A stretch of 41,573 nucleotides of DNA from Fidelibacterota bacterium (lineage in GTDB: Bacteria > Fidelibacterota > Marinisomatia > Marinisomatales > UBA2128), in assembly GCA_046861645.1 (NCBI GenBank), contig JBHHUM010000013.1, forward strand, positions 1 through 41,573, given 5' to 3'. Numbering within the stretch: the stretch's first letter is position 1; every line of letters starts with the position of its first letter. Under the pieces are notes generated by a model. That model was not told the DNA's origin. It ran no database searches and worked only from the letters and a program-made list of their open reading frames with translations. A program made the position numbers and the translations under genes. Positions 37,781 through 41,573 of the stretch are shown here, piece by piece.

Positions 37781-39946
37781 TTAAATACGCTTCAGATTGG
37801 CGTACTTGGCGATAAGCTTCTTACGGATATCACCTCTAAAAATAACCGAGATTTTTTGGCTTTCACCACTTCCGCTCACGGAGAGGACCATTCCCTTTCC
37901 AAAAACTTTATGTTCTACTTTATCTCCTCGTTTCAAATCATTAAATGAGGTAACCGTACGAACCTGTTTGAGTTTGTACTTTCCCGCTCTGCTGCGGACA
38001 AGTTTTCGGGTTACTGCCGAGCGAAAAGTAATTCTCTCCAATAGTTCCTCAGGGATCTCTTGAACAAATCTGGAGGCAATTCCCATCCCATAAATGCCAT
38101 TAAATTTTCTCCGGTTAGTGGCATAGTGTAAAAACACTTTTTCCTGTGCCCGGGTAAGAGCCACATAGAATAAACGGCGCTCCTCCTCTAATTCTGCGGC
38201 ACTATCAAAGCTACGAACGAGAGGGAATAACCCCTCATCCATCCCGGCGATAAAGACCACAGGAAACTCCAGTCCCTTAGCTGCGTGGGCGGTCATCAGG
38301 GTAACAGAATTGGCTTGACGATTCCAATTATCAATATCAGTCAACAGGGATACCTCTTCGAGGAAATCTCTAATACCTGTATCGGGGTTCGCGTTACAAT
38401 AATCTTCGATACTATTCAGGAGTTCCTGAACATTAGCCAGGCGCTCATTTGCTTCGGAGGTTGCCTGTTCCTTGAAGAAGGATACTAATCCCAATTCATC
38501 TACTAAGGCACTGGCCAGCTCAGCGGCGTTTAATCTGTTGAGCAATTCAGCATATTTTGAGATGATGGCACTGAATCCCTCTAATCCCTCAGCCGGTTTG
38601 CCTTTCAACCCAAAGGTGTCAGGATCAGACGTAGCTGCCAGAAGAGTAATCCCTTTCTGGCGAGCATATACCTCACACTTCTCCACCGTTTTGATCCCCA
38701 CACCTCGTGGAGGGAAGTTCACAATACGTTTCAGGCTGACCGTATCTAAAGGGTTGACAATCAGACGTAAATACGCCAATAGATCTTTTACTTCCTTCCG
38801 TTCATAAAAACGGACACCGCCTATAATGGTATAGGCAATTCCCCGACGGCGTAAAGCATCTTCTAATGCCCGGCTCTGGGCATTGGTACGATACAGAATA
38901 ACAAAGTCACTGAATGTACGTTTTTTATCGACAATTTCCCTTTCCAGCAGTTCGAGAATACCTTCCGCTTCCTCCAGTTCATCATAAGTCTCCATCAGAC
39001 CAATATTGGTACCGGAGAGCCCCTCGGTCCATAGCACTTTTTCAGCTCGACGATTGTTATTTCGTACTACTGCAGATGCTGCAGACAGGATGGTCTGTGT
39101 AGATCGGTAATTTTGTTCCAAGCGAAATATTTCACAGTTTGGAAATGCCTTTTCAAAATCGAGAATGTTGGAAATATCAGCTCCTCGCCAACCATAAATG
39201 GATTGATCATCGTCGCCCACAACCGTTATTTGCTGGTGTTCTTCCGCTAATCTTTTCACAAAAAGAAACTGCGCACGATTTGTATCCTGGTACTCATCCA
39301 CCAGTATATACTTGAACCGTTTCTGGTACTTTTTCAGAACAGCAGGGTTTTTCTCAAATATTTTTAAGGGGAACAGGAGGAGATCATCAAAATCAAGGGC
39401 ATTATTCTCCTGAAGTGCCCTGTTATAAAGGGGATAAACCAATGCTATCACACGTTCAAGGGGTGAAGACGACTTAGCGTGGTGTTCCACCGTTTTCATT
39501 CGATTCTTTATCAAACTTATCTGACTTTGAATGACATTGGGCGACAATCCATTCACAGGAATCTTCTCGGTATTAATGATGCTCTTGATAAGGTTTACCT
39601 GATCGGATGTATCGTAAATGGCGAAATTAGAATTGAAACCGAGTTCTCTAATTTCATGACGCAACAGACGGGCACAAATGGAATGAAAAGTACCCATAAT
39701 CACCTTGTCAGCCTTGGTCCCGACCATTTCTTTTACCCTAGACTTCATTTCCCCGGCTGCCTTATTCGTAAAAGTCATTGCCAGGATATTTTCCGGGGAG
39801 AATTTTTCCTTATTGATCAGGTATGCTATTTTAGCCGTAAGAACTCTTGTTTTACCTGTTCCAGCACCAGCAAAAATGAGAACCGGAAGCCCAAAAGCCT
39901 CCACAGCTGATTTCTGCATATCATTCAATTTGATTCTCCCTACCAT
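37781..39946 (-). CDS. pcrA: UvrD/PcrA superfamily 1 DNA helicase
   Basis: AGAGTGKT, TFTNKAA, VDEYQDTN, VGDDDQSIY, LEQNYRST, HAAKGLEF and EEERRLFYVALTRA, with a C-terminal Tudor-like domain. Confidence 0.93.
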   Translation of the reverse strand: MVGRIKLNDMQKSAVEAFGLPVLIFAGAGTGKTRVLTAKIAYLINKEKFSPENILAMTFTNKAAGEMKSRVKEMVGTKADKVIMGTFHSICARLLRHEIRELGFNSNFAIYDTSDQVNLIKSIINTEKIPVNGLSPNVIQSQISLIKNRMKTVEHHAKSSSPLERVIALVYPLYNRALQENNALDFDDLLLFPLKIFEKNPAVLKKYQKRFKYILVDEYQDTNRAQFLFVKRLAEEHQQITVVGDDDQSIYGWRGADISNILDFEKAFPNCEIFRLEQNYRSTQTILSAASAVVRNNNRRAEKVLWTEGLSGTNIGLMETYDELEEAEGILELLEREIVDKKRTFSDFVILYRTNAQSRALEDALRRRGIAYTIIGGVRFYERKEVKDLLAYLRLIVNPLDTVSLKRIVNFPPRGVGIKTVEKCEVYARQKGITLLAATSDPDTFGLKGKPAEGLEGFSAIISKYAELLNRLNAAELASALVDELGLVSFFKEQATSEANERLANVQELLNSIEDYCNANPDTGIRDFLEEVSLLTDIDNWNRQANSVTLMTAHAAKGLEFPVVFIAGMDEGLFPLVRSFDSAAELEEERRLFYVALTRAQEKVFLHYATNRRKFNGIYGMGIASRFVQEIPEELLERITFRSAVTRKLVRSRAGKYKLKQVRTVTSFNDLKRGDKVEHKVFGKGMVLSVSGSGESQKISVIFRGDIRKKLIAKYANLKRI

Positions 39947-39951
39947 CGAAT

Positions 39952-40992
39952 TTAGCCCGCATCCCTTTTTAACTGGTTTTGCCTCACTTGTCTTCGGATT
40001 TTGTCAAACTCACGCTTTGCTTTCAAGTGCTCCTTTTCCGTCCGGGAGAAAACGTGGGAGTCATCACCCTTAGCTACAAAAAAAAGATAATCCACTGTAG
40101 CTGGATTTACAGCTGCTCGGAGCGATGCTTCACCTGGACAGTTTATTGGTCCTGGCGGTAATCCTGCATAAAGATAAGTATTGTAAGGTGAGTCAATCTT
40201 TTTATCTTCGTTACTCAAACGTTTAGGTCCATCACTATGAATATATTGCAGGGTAGGATCAGCTTGCAGCTTCATCCCTTTTTTTAACCGATTATGATAA
40301 ACGGCACTGATAAGTAAACGTTCATCATCTAATTTGGCTTCACCTTCAATGATAGAAGCAAGAGTAACCACCTCCTTTTCAGAAAGATTTAATTTATCAG
40401 CCCTCATTAACAACTCTTCAGTAACTATCTCCCGATATTGATCCACCATTAGCTCAATAATCTGCTCTGGTGACAAATCCTCAGTAAAAAAATACGTTTC
40501 AGGGAAAAGGTAACCTTCCAGTGTGGGACCAGGAACTTTCAACTGTTTAACAAGCTCAGGTGTTCGGCAGATCTCAAGAAAGGACTCCTTATTCAGACCA
40601 AGTTTAGACTCGAAAATGGCGGCGATCTCTACCAGGCTAGATCCTTCTGGTATGGTAACCCTGTGATAAACAGGAGTCCCTTCCACCAGTTGTCGAATGA
40701 TTCGATGATTAGAGGCAGCATCATGTAAATAAAACGTCCCGGCTTTGATAGCTTTCTCATAACCCATCATACGAGTTGCCAGAACAAAAGGCTCCGGTCC
40801 ACCGATGATCCCATCAAGAGATAGCAAAGATGCGATATCATTTAGAGAGGCACCTTTTTCTATTACGACTTTCACAGGGTCAATATGCTTGGGTTGGGGC
40901 CAGAAGATGACGAGGAGGTAGAAAAAGACGGAAGAGAAAACAAATACCGTTAGGATATAACCCACCACCCGTTTAATATCGAAATCTGACAT
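39952..40992 (-). CDS. mltG: endolytic transglycosylase MltG
   Basis: TIPEG, LEGYLFPETY, LASIIEGEA, LQADPT and SPYNTY..GLPPGPI. Confidence 0.95.
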   Translation of the reverse strand: MSDFDIKRVVGYILTVFVFSSVFFYLLVIFWPQPKHIDPVKVVIEKGASLNDIASLLSLDGIIGGPEPFVLATRMMGYEKAIKAGTFYLHDAASNHRIIRQLVEGTPVYHRVTIPEGSSLVEIAAIFESKLGLNKESFLEICRTPELVKQLKVPGPTLEGYLFPETYFFTEDLSPEQIIELMVDQYREIVTEELLMRADKLNLSEKEVVTLASIIEGEAKLDDERLLISAVYHNRLKKGMKLQADPTLQYIHSDGPKRLSNEDKKIDSPYNTYLYAGLPPGPINCPGEASLRAAVNPATVDYLFFVAKGDDSHVFSRTEKEHLKAKREFDKIRRQVRQNQLKRDAG

Positions 40993-41015
40993 TTTTTCCC
41001 GAAATTGAGCTTGCG

Positions 41016-41044
41016 AATTTAGTATGTTTACACGAACTGCTCAA
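41016..41044 (-). promoter_or_regulatory. putative promoter of mltG-pcrA
   Basis: TTGAGC-N17-TAAATT. Confidence 0.55.
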
Positions 41045-41069
41045 AGGATTTTCCGTCAGTAATTTCGGT

Positions 41070-41098
41070 TTGTTTTGTGCTGGTGCTCAGCTTAAATT
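41070..41098 (+). promoter_or_regulatory. putative promoter of the DUF3098-like gene
   Basis: TTGTTT-N17-TAAATT, 10 nt before ATG 41109. Confidence 0.55.
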
Positions 41099-41108
41099 CA
41101 CGCCCATT

Positions 41109-41357
41109 ATGGCTACTAAACCAAGTAAAAAAAGTCCCATTCTCTTTCAAGATTGGGCATTTAGCACCTCTAACTATCTGCTTTTTGGCATGGGTATAGC
41201 AACTGTGATCTTGGGCTATCTCATCATGGCTGCCGGTGAAGTGGACAGTGCACAATCGGTGACAATAGCGCCTCTCTTGCTATTCCTGGGTTATGTGGTG
41301 ATTATTCCGATCTCCATCTTATACCGGAAAAAATCTAAACAAGAATTGGAATCGTAA
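41109..41357 (+). CDS. DUF3098-like small two-TM membrane protein
   Basis: FSTSNYLLFGMG...LGYLIM...TIAPLLLFLGY pattern; start moved to ATG 41109. Confidence 0.7.
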   Translation: MATKPSKKSPILFQDWAFSTSNYLLFGMGIATVILGYLIMAAGEVDSAQSVTIAPLLLFLGYVVIIPISILYRKKSKQELES

Positions 41358-41447
41358 TTTAGTTGATAAAAGTATCCCCCTTAAGCAGGCGAGTAACACA
41401 CTTATTCTTTTGTTCAACAGTTCTTTGAAAAATACAGATCATCCTTT

Positions 41448-41521
<74 letters not shown>

Positions 41522-41530
41522 CTACTTGGT

Positions 41531-41569
41531 AACCTCATTTACTCCTCGGGGGAATGGGGTTTTTTCTTT
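41531..41569 (+). terminator. intrinsic terminator after tRNA-Asp
   Basis: AACCTCATT..CTCC/GGGG-AATGGGGTT stem followed by a T-run. Confidence 0.65.
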
Positions 41570-41573
41570 GGTG

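Overview
Gene-dense bacterial chromosomal window. Gene content (TonB-dependent receptor, DUF3098-like protein, YbbR protein without cdaA, putative porin) suggests a diderm of the FCB superphylum, possibly Marinimicrobia-like; this placement is inference. (1) 1-14154: a long minus-strand housekeeping run: NlpC/P60, HNH, trpS, scpA, scpB, rluB-like, cmk, rpsA, YbbR, tsaD, VWA protein, ugd, rfbC-like and partial rfbB. (2) 14200-19750: a cobalamin riboswitch and BtuB-like receptor, convergent with an operon encoding a YhaM-like protein with a degenerate HD site, a solitary CbrT-like ECF S-component and an orphan outer-membrane barrel. (3) 19750-30500: a heavy-metal efflux island, AT-rich in its distal part (CzcI-like, czcCBA, atypical PII, CDF, two ICMT-family and one class I SAM methyltransferases). 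It is bracketed by repeat- and palindrome-rich spacers that share a GGTGAGT heptamer array. (4) An archease-rtcB RNA-ligation pair. (5) A fur-feoB-Cys-rich-dtxR/FeoA-mltB-pirin operon with a perfect 8-1-8 operator over its promoter. (6) uvrD/pcrA, mltG, DUF3098-like gene and tRNA-Asp(GTC) with an unusual G37. Ten promoter-like elements (TTGnnn-N17/18-TAAATT-like) are readable by eye, and several imply leaderless mRNAs. All calls come from manual motif recognition; no searches were run.
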